A stretch of DNA of 64,000 nucleotides from Octopus vulgaris. Its lineage: Eukaryota. Both the position numbers and the translations under genes were made by a program. The notes beneath the pieces were generated by a model. That model made no database searches. It worked only from the letters and a program-made list of their open reading frames with translations, and had not been told where the DNA came from. The stretch's first letter is position 1. Each line of letters starts with the position of its first letter. The stretch is taken from NCBI GenBank assembly GCA_951406725.2, contig OX597821.1, positions 5,084,001 to 5,148,000 on the forward strand, in the 5' to 3' direction. Shown piece by piece: positions 14,457-28,570 of this stretch.

Positions 14457-15434
14457 CATGGGTTTACTATTTGTATGTATGTGTGTATGTATAGCCGGCA
14501 TTAGCGATAATGTTCAGTTTTTGAAGATTTTTCGTCTGCTGTCTTTTATTACACAAGAAAATCTGTAGTTGGCATCAAAAGCATTATGTTCAAAGTAGGA
14601 TATTCAGAAATAGCAAGTTCCAGGAAATATGAACTTACAGAGCACGTAAAATGCCAAAACATTTTTTGCTATCGAATTTATGTCGAATTGAATATATATA
14701 AAAAAAATTGATTTCCACCAATAACCACAACAACAAAAAAGTACAAAACTAAATGAAAGACGAAAATCAATAACAATAGAAAACTGACGACACAAAAAGA
14801 AGCAAATAAATATTACGAATAAAACACCAGAGAAAAAGAAAACAAAAACTGAAAGCTTTACAATAAAAAATATGTTATATAGATGTAACGACAAAATCTA
14901 TACAAATATTAAAACACATCAACGGTAGCAACAACAAGAATGAAAAAAAGGACAACTAGAAAATAAAAAAGTATATGACGACATCAGCAATAACACAAAT
15001 ATTGGCGTTAACGCTCAGTAATATTTATGTGTGTGTGAGTATATATATATATTCGTTTCCATACCGATATTACGATATATATACATATACATGAAATATG
15101 TGTGTGTCTACGTGTGTGTAAATATGTATGTATATATGTATTTATGCATATATACATACGCAGATATATGTTTATGCGTGTTAATGTGTGCATGCTTTAC
15201 ACTGTGTATGTATAAACAGCAAGGACATATAGAAATAATAGGACGGCAATAGTACAATAACAACAATAATAATATCAATAAAGAATAATATCAATAAAGA
15301 ATAATAACAGAAGGGAAAAATAACAAAAGAAACGGTAATTCCAAACAAGAAACTCTTCTGCCGCAGAACCTACCTCAACAAATCTGATGTACAATATATG
15401 TGTGCGTGTGTTTGTTATATGTACATAAATACAT

Positions 15435-15500
<66 letters not shown>

Positions 15501-15523
15501 GTATATATATATATATACATATA

Positions 15524-15585
<62 letters not shown>

Positions 15586-15764
15586 TAGAGATAAAACCAC
15601 TATTAGGCAAATCAAACAGTTAAAAATATAAACCAAAACATAGAAATAAAATTAATTAATATAATATACAAAATATATAAAATAAATTAAATTATTTAAA
15701 TTTAAAATTTAAAATTATTATTTTTTTTAATTATTAATTTATACTTATAAATTTATAAATTTAT

Positions 15765-15800
<36 letters not shown>

Positions 15801-15949
15801 ATTATTATTATTATGTTTTAGTTTTTATTTTTTCAAATTTTTTTTTATTTAATTATATATCTATTTAACATATATGTTTATATGTATATGGACACAAAAA
15901 GTACATGAAAGAAAAGCGAAAATTCCGAGAAAAACTGTATCCTTCTAAA

Positions 15950-17315
15950 CCATGATCATCATTAACATCACATTATCATCATCATCATTATCATCATCAT
16001 CATCATCATCATCATCACCATCATAGTCATCACCATAATTAACGTCGTCGCAGTCGTCGTCAATTACATCAAATTTAATGTCTTAAATATCATCGTAATC
16101 ATTAGCATCGCCGTCGGAATGATCATAATCCTCTACACTATCATCATCATCATCATCTTCATCATTATCATTATCATCATCATCATCATCTTCATTATCA
16201 TCAGCGCCGTCCTCAACATCATTTTTATTTGTATCGTCATCATCATGATCATCAGCATCATAAACATCATTGTCATACCTCGACCGTTGTTGTCATCATC
16301 GTCTCGATTGTCGTGGTTATCATCTTGGCTGTCGTCGTCATCACGATCATTGACACTTCTACGACGACAGCAACAGCGGATATACGAAACTCTAGGGAGA
16401 AAAACGAAAAGAAAAAAAGAATTGTAAATATTCATGTGACAACTGCGACACATGCTGAGATGGAAAAAATAAGAAAGAAATATAAGAACCAGAAAGAACA
16501 CAAGAAAAATTGCAAAGACGGCGGCGACGGCGGCGACGACGAGGAGGACGACAACAACGACAACGACAGCTGCTGCCCAAACGACAGTAACAACAAGAAG
16601 AACTGCAGAAACAACACTTGACGAATCAGCAACACAGCAACAACAACATGAGCAACAAGAAAAATCAACCACGAGAAGAAGAGTGTTCTTAAAGTTATTC
16701 TTACTATGAGTAATAACGACGTTAGATATAACGGAAATGCTAAAGTGTAAAATAATAAATTCGTCGATAATGATTAGAATAACAACGACAACAACAGCAG
16801 TAGCAGCTACGGCGGCGGCGGCGGCGGCAGAAGTGAAAGTAGCATTTAAAAATAAAAATAATAATAACAATCACAACAGCAGCAGTAACAAGATGACAAT
16901 AGAAATGACAAACAACAACAACAACAACAACAGGGAAAGGAATATTACAGCAATATTAGCAACAAGAGTGGAAATGCATAGAGATAAATTAAAATGAAGT
17001 AAAATGAAATACAAATAAAATAAAATAAAATAAAATATAAATTAAAATATAAAATAAAATAAGATAAATATATATTAAAATCGTATGAATTTTAAAAACA
17101 AAATCGAGAGGTAAACTATAAATATTCATCATCACCATCATCACCATCATCGTTATCATCATCATCATCATCATCATTGTCGTCATCGTCACCGCCGCCA
17201 TCAACAGTATCATCATTACCATCGTCTTCATTAGGACTCGCCAACAGCGTTACGATCACGCCAGTATTATTACCACCTACGTCAACGCCATCATGATCAT
17301 CATCATCATCATTTC
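15950..17315. repeat. degenerate trinucleotide low-complexity region ((ATC)n/(GTC)n/(AAC)n/(GGC)n)
   Basis: Seen directly in the sequence. Source of spurious poly-I/V/D/N ORFs. Confidence 0.85.
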
Positions 17316-17323
17316 TTATTATC

Positions 17324-18068
17324 TATTTCTTTAATGCCCACAAGGGGCTAAACACAGAGAGGACAAACAAGGACAGGCAAACGGATAAAATCGATTATAT
17401 CGACCCCAGTGCGTAACTGGTACTTATTTAATCGACCCCGAAAGGATGAAAGGCAAATTCGACCTCGGCGGAATTTGAACTCAGAACGTAGCGGCAGACT
17501 AAATACCTATTTCTTTACTACCTACAAGGGGCTAAACACAAAGAGGGTAGACAAACGGATTAAGTCGATTATATCGACCCCAGTGCGTAACTGGTACTTA
17601 TTTAATCGACCCCGAAAGGATGAAAGGCAAATTCGACCTCGGCGGAATTTGAACTCAGAACGAAGCGGCAGACTAAGTACCTATTTCTTTACTACCTACA
17701 AGGGGCTAAACACAAAGAGGATAGACAAACGGATTAAGTCGATTATATCGACCCCAGTGCGTAACTGGTACTTATTTAATCGACCCCGAAAGGATGAAAG
17801 GCAAATTCGACCTCGGCGGAATTTGAACTCAGAACGTAGCGGCAGACTAAATACCTATTTCTTTACTACCTACAAGGGGCTAAACACAAAGAGGATAGAC
17901 AAACGGATTAAGTCGATTATATCGACCCCAGTGCGTAACTGGTACTTAATTTATAGACCCCGTAAGGATGAAAGGCAAAGTCGACCCCGGCGGAATTTGA
18001 ACTCAGAACGTAACGGCAGATGAAAATACAGCTACGCATTTCGCCCGGCGTGCTAACGTTTCTGCCAG
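17324..18068 (-). mobile_element. SINE family B (Meta-domain-like): one head plus four tandem bodies, 174-bp period
   Basis: Unit marker AA(A/G)TACCTAT at 17501, 17675 and 17849. Minus-strand core GTCGA..TTTGCCTTTCATCCTTTCGGGGTCGAT..AAGTACCAG; head CTGGCAGAAACGTTAGCACG..GAGTTCAAATT. Confidence 0.9.
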
Positions 18069-18484
18069 TATCATCATCATCGTCGTCCTCATCATCGTTG
18101 TCATCGAGATCGCCATCGTGTTAACATCAATCGCCATTACTTTCGACCTCACTATCGTCGCCGTCGTCGCCCCGTCGCCATCATCGTCGTCGGCGCCGTT
18201 GCCTTCGTCTTCGCAATCGCCGTCCTCTACTCCATTTCTAGCTGCTACAACAGTTTAAAATCGACAGCGAATTCACGAAGCTATTAAAAGTCGTTAAAAT
18301 AGATATTACATGACTATATATGGTATTATTTAAAGAGGATATATTTTTCATTTCAATTGTGGAAATAGAATTCAATTTGATTGCAGTCTTATTTATATCC
18401 ATTTATATTTATTTAATTCATTCCTTGTCATTATTCTAAATATTATTATTATTATTATCATCATCATCATCATGATTACTATTA

Positions 18485-18566
<82 letters not shown>

Positions 18567-18732
18567 CATCATTATCATCATTATTGTTGTTATTTTTCAG
18601 TGTTCAAGCATTTATTTTCGTGTAATCTCTGGTTTGCCGTATTTAAACTTTTAATGGAATACAGAATAGTAGTATAGAATTTCAGTGTTCGAATGACAAT
18701 GAAGTATAAATTGTCTAGTCACATAACACGTC

Positions 18733-18827
<95 letters not shown>

Positions 18828-18829
<2 letters not shown>

Positions 18830-19443
18830 CTAAAAATAAGGGTGTCTAAGAGACACCACCATGCCGAAATAGCAGTCAAAACCCTGACTTTAGAAACCAC
18901 GTTAAATGTTCAAATCGTACCATGAGATAAGACAGAGGGACAACGTAGACTAGCAAAAAATATTATTGAATAATTCAAGATCCAGGGTTTCTGGTTTTGC
19001 TTTAGATAAGCTTTACCGTCATCGGATGAATATTTCAAAGTACATAAATACATATATATATATATATGCAGAACAAATGTTATACTTACATATACGAACG
19101 TCCATACATACATATATATGCACGTATGCACAAGGCCAGTTAAATTGCCGGCGAAAACACCCCATAAGCACGTTCGTAATTGTAAGTATAATGTTTGTTC
19201 TGCATATATATATATATCTGCATTTATGTACTTTGATATATTCAACCGATGACGGTAAAGATTATTTAAAGCAAAACCAGAAATTCTGGATCTTGAATTA
19301 TTCAATAATATTTTTTGCTAGTCTATTTTGTCTCTCTGTCTTATCTCATGGTACGATATGAACATTTAACGTGATTTTTAAAATCAGGGTTTTGACTGCT
19401 ATTTCGGCATGGTGGTGTCTCTTAGACACCCTTATTTTTAGTT
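18828..19443. mobile_element. fold-back element with ~260-bp inverted arms, next to (TA)n
   Basis: 18828-19090 is the reverse complement of ~19181-19443, with a ~90-bp spacer. Each arm has a CCGATGA hammerhead-like remnant and the GAAATAGCAGTCAAA motif. Confidence 0.85.
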
Positions 19444-19539
19444 GTAAAAAAATTATTACCTTTGTACTTTTTTTCCCCATGCTGGCCACTTGATAATATC
19501 GATATTTAGATATCGGTGCTTCGTTGTGCCATTTATTTA

Positions 19540-19617
<78 letters not shown>

Positions 19618-19694
19618 CATATATATATACATACACATATATATTTTTGATCATGATTTTCATCGCCAGACACTGCCGTCGTATATGTACATAA

Positions 19695-19783
<89 letters not shown>
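19695..19783. repeat. (AGAT)n microsatellite
   Basis: Seen directly. Confidence 0.95.
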
Positions 19784-19784
<1 letters not shown>

Positions 19785-21124
19785 TCTACTACTACTACTA
19801 TTCATATTAATACTAAAACCTTTAGTTTTGCTTTTATGACTACTATTAATATTTGTATTAAAAGATATACCTCAATTTCAGTTTATATTATTTGATGTAT
19901 TCAACCTCTTCACTATTCCTGGACGTCTGTGGTGAAGGGCTTCGATGATTTTCTTTGATGACACCTACTTGTTTGTTAAATAACTAACACTTGCTGTAGT
20001 GATGCTTCACGAATTCACGCTTGTCGTGATTGTTTGCGCTACAATGACATTGCAAAGACTTACTAAATTCTTAAATAAATAATTAAGTTGACTTAAGGAA
20101 ACTTAAAACTTGACAGTTCGACAGAAAGAAAATGAAATGCCACTATTCATAGAGTTTGTAGAAGAGACCCATTCTAATGAGACGATGTGCCACTCGAGCA
20201 AACCATTCAATGTCTGACGTATCTCACTTACTTTGAAAGGGGTTTGCAACACGTTTCCTTTTCTGTTGAGAAACATGATAGGTCGCCCAAGTAGATATTA
20301 TCTTATGTTCCATGCCCGCCACTAGCCCTAAACATGTGCGCAGAGAATGTCTGCTCGAAAAGCGTATGCATCTGCCTAAACTCGATTACCACGACTCCAC
20401 TATGGTTAATAAATGAAAAAGTTGCGTGGTTTCAAAGAAGAGCTTTTACCTCCTGGTCTCTAAGAATATGCACCGTGTATTTTCCAATGCTCGTTCTTCT
20501 GTACATGTATTTAGCGCCATTTTCAAATTTAGCTAGCAGTCACGACGCTGGTGTTGATGTGGTTGTTCAGTGAAAATCGACTGCAAGAAGCAGCAAAGAT
20601 ATATGTGGTTCTGATAACCATGATAACAATAATTTGTTGTAGCATGGACACAAGGTTACAAACCTGATGAGGCAAGATTATGTTATTCTAGCGCCCGATG
20701 AGCTTGATTGTCACAATATTTTATCGACCCCAACATGTTACAAAGTAAATTCGACTCACTCGAATTTGATCTTAGAACATAAACAACCGGAACTCATACT
20801 GCAAAACCTTTTGTCCGGTGCGCTGCGGCTTCTGCCAAAGCATGCCAATAAGAGTTTCTGACCAAGGCCCAAGGTCAGTAATTCTGAGACCATGTGGTAT
20901 ATGTGTGTGGGAGGGAGGAGGTTGGTAGTGCCGAGCCCAGTATTTGAATCGTAGGTTACTTTATCGAGCCTCTGGTATGAAACGTAAAGTAGACCTCTCT
21001 GACATCTGCATTCACTATGTAAAGAGGCAGAACAAATGACGCAAGGCACCTTCTTTTCCCGATGCTCTACTGCTTTTCTAAATCTATACTAATAATTATT
21101 GTCTCTAACATATATATATATAGT

Positions 21125-21658
21125 AGCTTACCTTTCGACTTATTTTAGAACATAGTTGAGTCCATAAAATAGGATTTGGCTATATCTCCATTTAGAGCAC
21201 AGTTTTAGCTATTTTTTCGTGGGAGAAGGTTTGTGTTCCTATAAACTGTGTTAATTCTGTAACCCTTTAAAATGGAAGATAACAAAGTTCATTTTCGGCA
21301 CTTGATGGTTTGGGAACCAGACAATAATTGCTGCAGCTCGGCTGGGATGTGTTACCCCACATTCCATATTCACCAGATATTGCTCTTTCGGATTTCCACT
21401 TATTCACGTCTCTGCAGAATAGACTTAATGGTAAAAATTTCAATTCCTTGGATGACGTAAAAAAATACCTTAATTAATTCTTTGCCATGAAACCACCTCA
21501 ATTCTGGGAAGAGGGCATTTTCAAGTTAAAGGAAATATAGAGACGCATTGTGTAAGAAAATGGTTCATATTTGGTTGATTAAAAATGTAATGGCAAGTAT
21601 TTAATGACCTTTTTCTTTCCTTTAAAAAAGCGGTACGAACTTTCCGGATAACCCAATA
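21125..21658 (+). mobile_element. internally deleted mariner element
   Basis: MEDNKVHFRHLM joined to LGWDVLPHIPYSPDIALSDFHLF..ENGSYL. 3' TIR-like end CGAACTTTCCGGATAACCCAATA. Confidence 0.8.
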
Positions 21659-21946
21659 CATACACACACATATACACATACACGAGGCAAGGTGCTGAGC
21701 TGAAAGAATCGTTAACAATCCGGACAAGATGCTTAGCAACATCGACTGGTGCTTATCTTATCGAGCTCGGAATAATGAAACGGCTTAGCACTATACTTTA
21801 TAGTTTTGGATGATTTCTAGACGGTTTATCGAGAGTTATCAATTATTTATACTTGTGTTACTCACCCGAAAGCACAACAATTGTTAATAACTTTTACAAA
21901 TACTAACATCTAAAGAAATTCATGAAGTTCTAAGTTAGCATATAGA

Positions 21947-22240
21947 GGTGCAATGGCCCAATTGTTAGGGCAGCGGACTCGCGATTTCGATTCCCAGACC
22001 GGGCGTTGTGTGCATTTATTGATCGAAAACACGTAAAAGCTCCACGAGGCTCCGGCATTGGGTGGTGGCGACCCCTGTTGTACTCTTTCGCCACAACTTT
22101 CTCTTACTCTCACTTCCTGTTGCTTAAGTAACGCTGCGATGGACTGGCATTCCGTCCAGCTGGGGGAAACACATAAAAAGAAAGCCAACAGAAAGCCAAC
22201 ACCGGGCCCATGGGCCTGGCTAGGCTTGAAAAGGGCGACG
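21947..22240 (+). mobile_element. tRNA-derived SINE family C with V-domain-like core
   Basis: tRNA-like head GGTGCAATGGCCCAATTGTTAGGGCAGCGGACTCGC..TTCGATTCCC and core GCGATGGACTGGCATTCCGTCCAG resembling the V-SINE domain. Confidence 0.65.
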
Positions 22241-22267
22241 TTTATCGTTTTATATATATACATATAC

Positions 22268-22324
<57 letters not shown>

Positions 22325-22333
22325 TATATGAGT

Positions 22334-22380
<47 letters not shown>

Positions 22381-23725
22381 AATACACACACATATATAAA
22401 CACAAATATGCATGTATACTTACACATACGTATATATATGCGTGTGAGTATGTATGTTTGTATGAATGTGTTACAAAAGCAGCTGCTCAATTTCGTTCGT
22501 ACATAATCGCTTCAAAGTGCACAGATTCCTCTTTCCAGATACAATCTTATTTAACAAATTTAGTTAGCCATTAATCTTGATGTAAGCTGGGTTTGAAATC
22601 AGAACGTAAAGAAAGTAAATTTTATCCTTCCTAAAACAGGAACTATAGGAAAAGAAGATCGTATACATATAGACAGAAGCTATGCTATATTACAGAGTTT
22701 TATTCTTAAATTAAAAAATTTTCTAGATCTCATAGTTAATCCGATAAAAATATATTTCATGGAACAGTAGAAAACCCTTCGAAATTTCGTGAAGTGTTTT
22801 AAAAGTTTCTTTTATATAATATACAAAAGTGAATAGTGTAAAATCCTAAAAGTGCAATGCTATATAACAAATAAATATACGAAAGATACACTGGTATCAT
22901 AAGAATGTGCAGATAACATTTGAACATCAAGTGTATACAGAATGTTTGCTTAAATTTTTTACTCGCAAAGTGACAATGTTTAGTCAAGAATTCTCGTTCT
23001 AGAGCTTAGAACTTTGTATTTTTATAGAACAGGGAAAAGGTATGGAAAGAAAGGGATTATCGTAAAGCTGTAACTGTATCAAGTTTGGATTAGGGATGAG
23101 ATTTTAGAAATTTAGAAATGAAATTAATAAACTAAACTCGCTATCTTCAGTTCGGTGTTCGTGTCTACACTTATGCACATGAGTCTTGCGTATGACTGCG
23201 AATGCAAGTGGACGAGATGGAGTTAATCCAAAGGGTTTTTGGAGTAAAGTTGCTCATCAGAGGGCATTGCTCGGAAGGTAGAGAGGCCCTCCGAATAGAG
23301 CTGCCTTCATATACAACCGCTAATTCTTTTAGAAAAAAATGTGTTGTACCTGTATTTCAAGGGGTCAGCCTTGTCACACAGTGTCACGTTGAATCTACCT
23401 AAGAAGTATGTGAAGCGATGTGCGTGTCTGTGGAATGCTCAGCCACTCGCACGTTAGTCTCATGAGCAAGCTGTTCCATTCATCAGTTCATCTGTAACCT
23501 TCGCCGTCGTAAGCGACGGAGTGCTAGTTATCAGGAGTTATATGTATACAAGAGTAGCTGTGTAGGTTGCAGCAGTTGTTGTGTGGTAAGGAGCTTGCTT
23601 ACTAACCACATGGTTCCCGGTTCAGACCCACTCCGTGGCACCTTCGACAAGTGTCCTCTAATATAGCCTCGGGCTAGTCAAAGCTATGGGAGTGGATTTG
23701 GTAGACGGAAACTGAAAGAAGCCCG

Positions 23726-23774
<49 letters not shown>

Positions 23775-23781
<7 letters not shown>

Positions 23782-23918
23782 AAAGGAGATGTCGAACACG
23801 AGTGGTGATATATAAAAAAGGAAATGAAGAAAATGCTGACAAATAATTGAAGTAATTTAAGTAATTTAATTAGGTGAAAGTTCTTTTTACCGGTTGCGCA
23901 TTTGTTATGCTTATCAAA
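23775..23918 (-). mobile_element. Penelope-related terminus with hammerhead-like variant, within (TA)n
   Basis: Minus strand reads TTGATAA GCAT..ATGC GCAA CCGG TA. Flanked by (TA)n on both sides. Confidence 0.5.
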
Positions 23919-23940
23919 ATATATATATATATATATATAT

Positions 23941-24365
23941 ATAAATTCAACAACAATTGAGGAACGGCCTCAAATAGGCCATTCGACCCATTAGAAAGAG
24001 CAGCCAGGACTCAAACCGCCAAGTAATAGTAATTCAGAAATTAAAAGAAAATTAAAAAAACATTTACCCTATTCATCTTTAGACAATGTATTGGTTCAAT
24101 GTTTTTAATGGCATACCAGCCTAATTAAATTAAATTAAACTTAATTAAGTCGATCTACCAAAGGCCACATCTCATCGGTAAAGAAGCCAGGAGAGACAGG
24201 CATACACGAGGCAGTAGTATCTATGCTTCGGGAATGTCTGCCCTAAAATTTTCAAAAACTATCGTAATCGCGCCAAACTTATCAGCAGCAAATATAAACT
24301 GCTGATTTAATTTCGAGGGTCGAATGGCCTATTTGAGGCCGTTCCTCAATTGTTGTTGAATTTAT
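23941..24365. mobile_element. element with perfect ~49-bp terminal inverted repeats inside (TA)n
   Basis: ATAAATTCAACAACAATTGAGGAACGGCCTCAAATAGGCCATTCGACCC at 23941-23989 and its reverse complement at 24317-24365. Confidence 0.85.
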
Positions 24366-24454
24366 ATATATATAGTCTCTGACTATTTTCTCTCTCTCAC
24401 TAGACCGCTGGTGGTGAAATAATTTCTATTGAATTTTTTGCTACCCTATATTGA

Positions 24455-24556
<102 letters not shown>

Positions 24557-24786
24557 GTGCGTGTGTGTCTGTCTATATTAGTGTCCCTGTGTTTGCCTCC
24601 CCTCATTGCTTGACAACCGATGTCGGTGTGTTTACGTTCCCGTAACATAACGGTTCGGCAAATAAGACAGATAGGATAAGTCCTGGGGTCGATTTCTTCG
24701 ACTAAAAGCGGTGCTCCATCATTGCTGCAGTCAAATGACCGAAACGAATAAAAGAAAAATAAAAGGAAAAAATATATATTTATATA

Positions 24787-25130
<344 letters not shown>

Positions 25131-25132
25131 CA

Positions 25133-26389
25133 CAGAGTTTGGACAAAATAATGGAAACACCTAGCATCATAGCGTCATAATTTTCAAATACCTATAAAAT
25201 GGTCAAAAGCTTGTTTATCTTAATGTCTTTTGAATTATTATTAATGTTACTTAATATCTTTTGATAAAATTGCTGTGTCTTTTCAGATATCATCAGAAAA
25301 TGTAATTAAAATTCATTAAAATGACAGATCTATCGGACTTTCTAAGAGGTTAAATTGCTAGTGCTCGTATGACAGGCGCTAGCGTAACGAAAACACCCGA
25401 AATCTTTGCTGTATCAAGACGTACTGTCTCGAATGTAATGGAAGCCTTTGAGAAAGAAGGAAAAGCCTCCTCGTCGAAACAAAACTCCGGAAGAAAACCC
25501 AAACTTTCGGATAGGGACCGTGGGCCTCATGCGCGTATTGTTAGAAAGTATCACAAATGTACTGCTCCCAAAATTACTGCCGAACATAATGACCACCTCG
25601 AGAACCCAGTTTCCACAAGAACTGTTCGCCGGGAGCAGCCCAAAGCCGGATTTCATGGGAGGGCTGCAATGAGAAAACCACTGCTTTCAAGAACAAACAT
25701 TGTAAAGCGTTTAGAGTGTAGTAAAAACCTACAATTGGTTCCTAGAGCAGTGGAAGAATGTTATTTTCTCGGATGATTCCTCTTTTACCTTATTTCCGAC
25801 TACCAGCCTAGTATAAGTGTTGAGACAGTCAAAAGAAGCATTTTACCCAGACTGCCTTCTTCCAACTGTTCAACATGGAGGAGGATCTGTGATGATCTGG
25901 TAGGGGGCGTTTTCTTGGAAATCCACTGGCCCAATGGTTTCCCTTCATGGCAAAATTAATTGTCAAGACTATTTAAGCATTTCATCTTATGGTTGAGGAA
26001 CTGTTTCCGGGGGGAAACGCTGTCTTTCAGGATGATAATTCACCAATTCACGGACCTAAAATTGTTACTGAACGGTATGATGAATATTCAAATGAAGTTG
26101 AACATCTTATCTGGCCACCACAGCCCACAGATCTCAATATTATTGAATATTTATGCTGCATTTTAGAAAAACAAATAAGGAATTGATATCCTCTACCATC
26201 ATCACTACAAGAATTAGAGACAATTTTAGCTGAAAAATGGACAAAAATTCCTTTGGAAACAATTCAAACTTTGTACGAGTCCATACCTCGTAGAATTCAA
26301 GCTGTAATTACTGCCAAAGGCGGGCCTACCCCATATTTACATTAATTTGTTTGAAATTTTAAGGTGTTCCCACTCTTTATCCAACCCCT
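25133..26389 (+). mobile_element. Tc1-like DNA transposon, full length but decayed
   Basis: Imperfect TIRs CAGAGTTTGGACAAAATAATGGAAACACCT / AGGTGTTCCCACTCTTTATCCAACCCCT. Transposase fragments include SGRKPKLSDRD, HGGGSVMIW, FQDDNSPIH and WPPQPTDLNIIE. Confidence 0.9.
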
Positions 26390-26929
26390 TCATATCAACG
26401 TACTCTCAGTGCTGGAAAGTAAAGAATCATAATACAAGGAACTTAAAAAGGAATATAGCAGAAAAAATGTATCTAGGCGATATATATTGGCATCTGTGTG
26501 AGAAAGAGATGGGAGCAATGTCGGATATTTAACCATAACTAATGGCTTCAAAGGTTATTTGAAGATATAAATAAAGATGCATCAGAGATGTTCCGTTCAT
26601 AGATGAGTATGGAAATTAGAATTATAGCTCCATACAAATAGCGTAGGGCAAGTAAGTATTAGGAATGTCCAACAGAGAGCCTATACAGAATATAAATTAA
26701 AATTAGAACGTACCGTTGAAATCAGTACGTAGTGTTATTAAATCACTTGTTAAGGTTTTCTCTATAGATCTTCTATAGAAAGGATAAACAGCACTGGTCT
26801 GTTACGGCGTTTCGTATCCGAATACGTTTAATGTAAACAACACTGCGATCGAAAATAGAAACATGGGTATGGGCCGTATATGCCATTGCATGAGTTCTTG
26901 TACCTTCCCCGGCACCACATCCAGTCCAT

Positions 26930-27325
26930 TTTTTCTACTCTAGGCACAAGGCCAGATATTTGAGAGAGGGGGCTAGTCGATTAGATTGACCCCAGTATGC
27001 AAATGGTACTTAATTTATCGACCCCGAAAGGATGAAAGGAAAAGTCGACCTCGCCGGAATTTGAACTCAGAACGTAGCGGCTGATGAAATACCTATTTCT
27101 TTACTGCCCATAAGGGACAAAACACAGAGAGGACAAACAAGGACAGACAAAAGGATTAAGTCGATTACATCGACACCAGTGCGTAACTAGTACTTAATTT
27201 ATCGACCCCTAAAGGATGAAAGGCAAAGTCTACTTTGGCGGAATTTGAACTCAGAACGTAACAGCAGACGAAATACTGCTAAGCATTTCGCCCGGTGTGC
27301 TAACGATTCTGCCAGCTCACCGCCC
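26930..27325 (-). mobile_element. SINE family B dimer
   Basis: Two bodies with one head ending GCCAGCTCACCGCC; the distal unit has a different tail (CTAGGCACAAGGCC). Confidence 0.85.
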
Positions 27326-28209
27326 TTCCATTGGTTAATGGACTGAATGTCCATTCATGAACTCGTGGCATAAATAGATACTAAATATAATGGAGATACC
27401 AATTTTACTTATTTTACATATTAAACACATTCCTGGCAGCTGGTGCGTGGATATTAATTACTTTTAGGGACACCGTATTGACTTATAAAGCGTCTATCAT
27501 TAGTTGAATGAAAAGCAGTCAGTTGTTTGTTTATTCTCACAACGCATAGTAGTTGACGACATCACGCGCAACAGTGGTTCTGTGTGTGTGGGTGTTTTTG
27601 TTTGTGTGTATGTGTGTGTGTTTTTATGTGTAATGAAGCAACAAATGAGAATTGAACGAAAGGATTACGTTATATGCAATGAACAATAACCACTGCCTTA
27701 GAATGTTCCTGTAAAACAACATCAGACTAAAGAAATCTGCTTATAATATGTCCGCACGTTTAAAAGAACGTCAAGAGCCACGTCGTAGACACACATGCTC
27801 CTAGGCCCCATCCTTCTATTTCATCATTGAATGGACATAACGACTCTACAGACAGTCGCTACTAAGTCTTTATGTCCATGAGAATATATAAGCAGGGAGA
27901 TGTGGTTGTAGTTGTGCGCGTGTATGTTTGTACATATACATAGTTACATGAGTGGGTTTGTATGTTATATATAAGTGTATATGGTGGCATGTAGATCAGA
28001 ATATAGGGTTGGATCAATATTGCTGTTAGATCATGGCATTTAGTAGTAGCAGGAAGGGGTGAAATATTAAACAGAAAACGAATTGGTATATGCGAATATC
28101 CGTATGTATGCATGTATATATATAAGCACATACATATTATATATGTATATATATATATTATATATCTACATATAATACATATATTTATATATATATATAT
28201 TTATTTATC

Positions 28210-28251
<42 letters not shown>

Positions 28252-28349
28252 GATATAATATATATAATATATATATATGTACATAGATATAATATGCATA
28301 CATTATATATGTATATATATAATATATATTTATATACGTATATATATAT

Positions 28350-28570
28350 TTATATACATACATACGTACGTATATACATACGTACGTACATACATACGTA
28401 CGTACATACATACATACGTACATACGTACATACATACATACGTACATACATATATACATACATACATACATACATACACACATACATACATACATACATA
28501 CATACATACATACATACATACATACATACATACATACATACATACATACATACATACATACATACATACA
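28350..28570. repeat. (TACA)n microsatellite
   Basis: Seen directly. Confidence 0.9.

Noticed and set aside
16119-17231. Long hydrophobic or low-complexity ORFs (245 aa etc.)
   Set aside because: They derive from degenerate trinucleotide repeats, with no domain signature or splice support.
17409-18023. 204-aa ORF with 58-aa repeats; also superficially CRISPR-like periodicity
   Set aside because: It is the antisense of a tandem SINE array with a 174-bp period. There are no unique spacers and no cas genes.
18910-19361. Two near-identical 131-aa ORFs on opposite strands
   Set aside because: They are an artefact of the inverted repeat arms.
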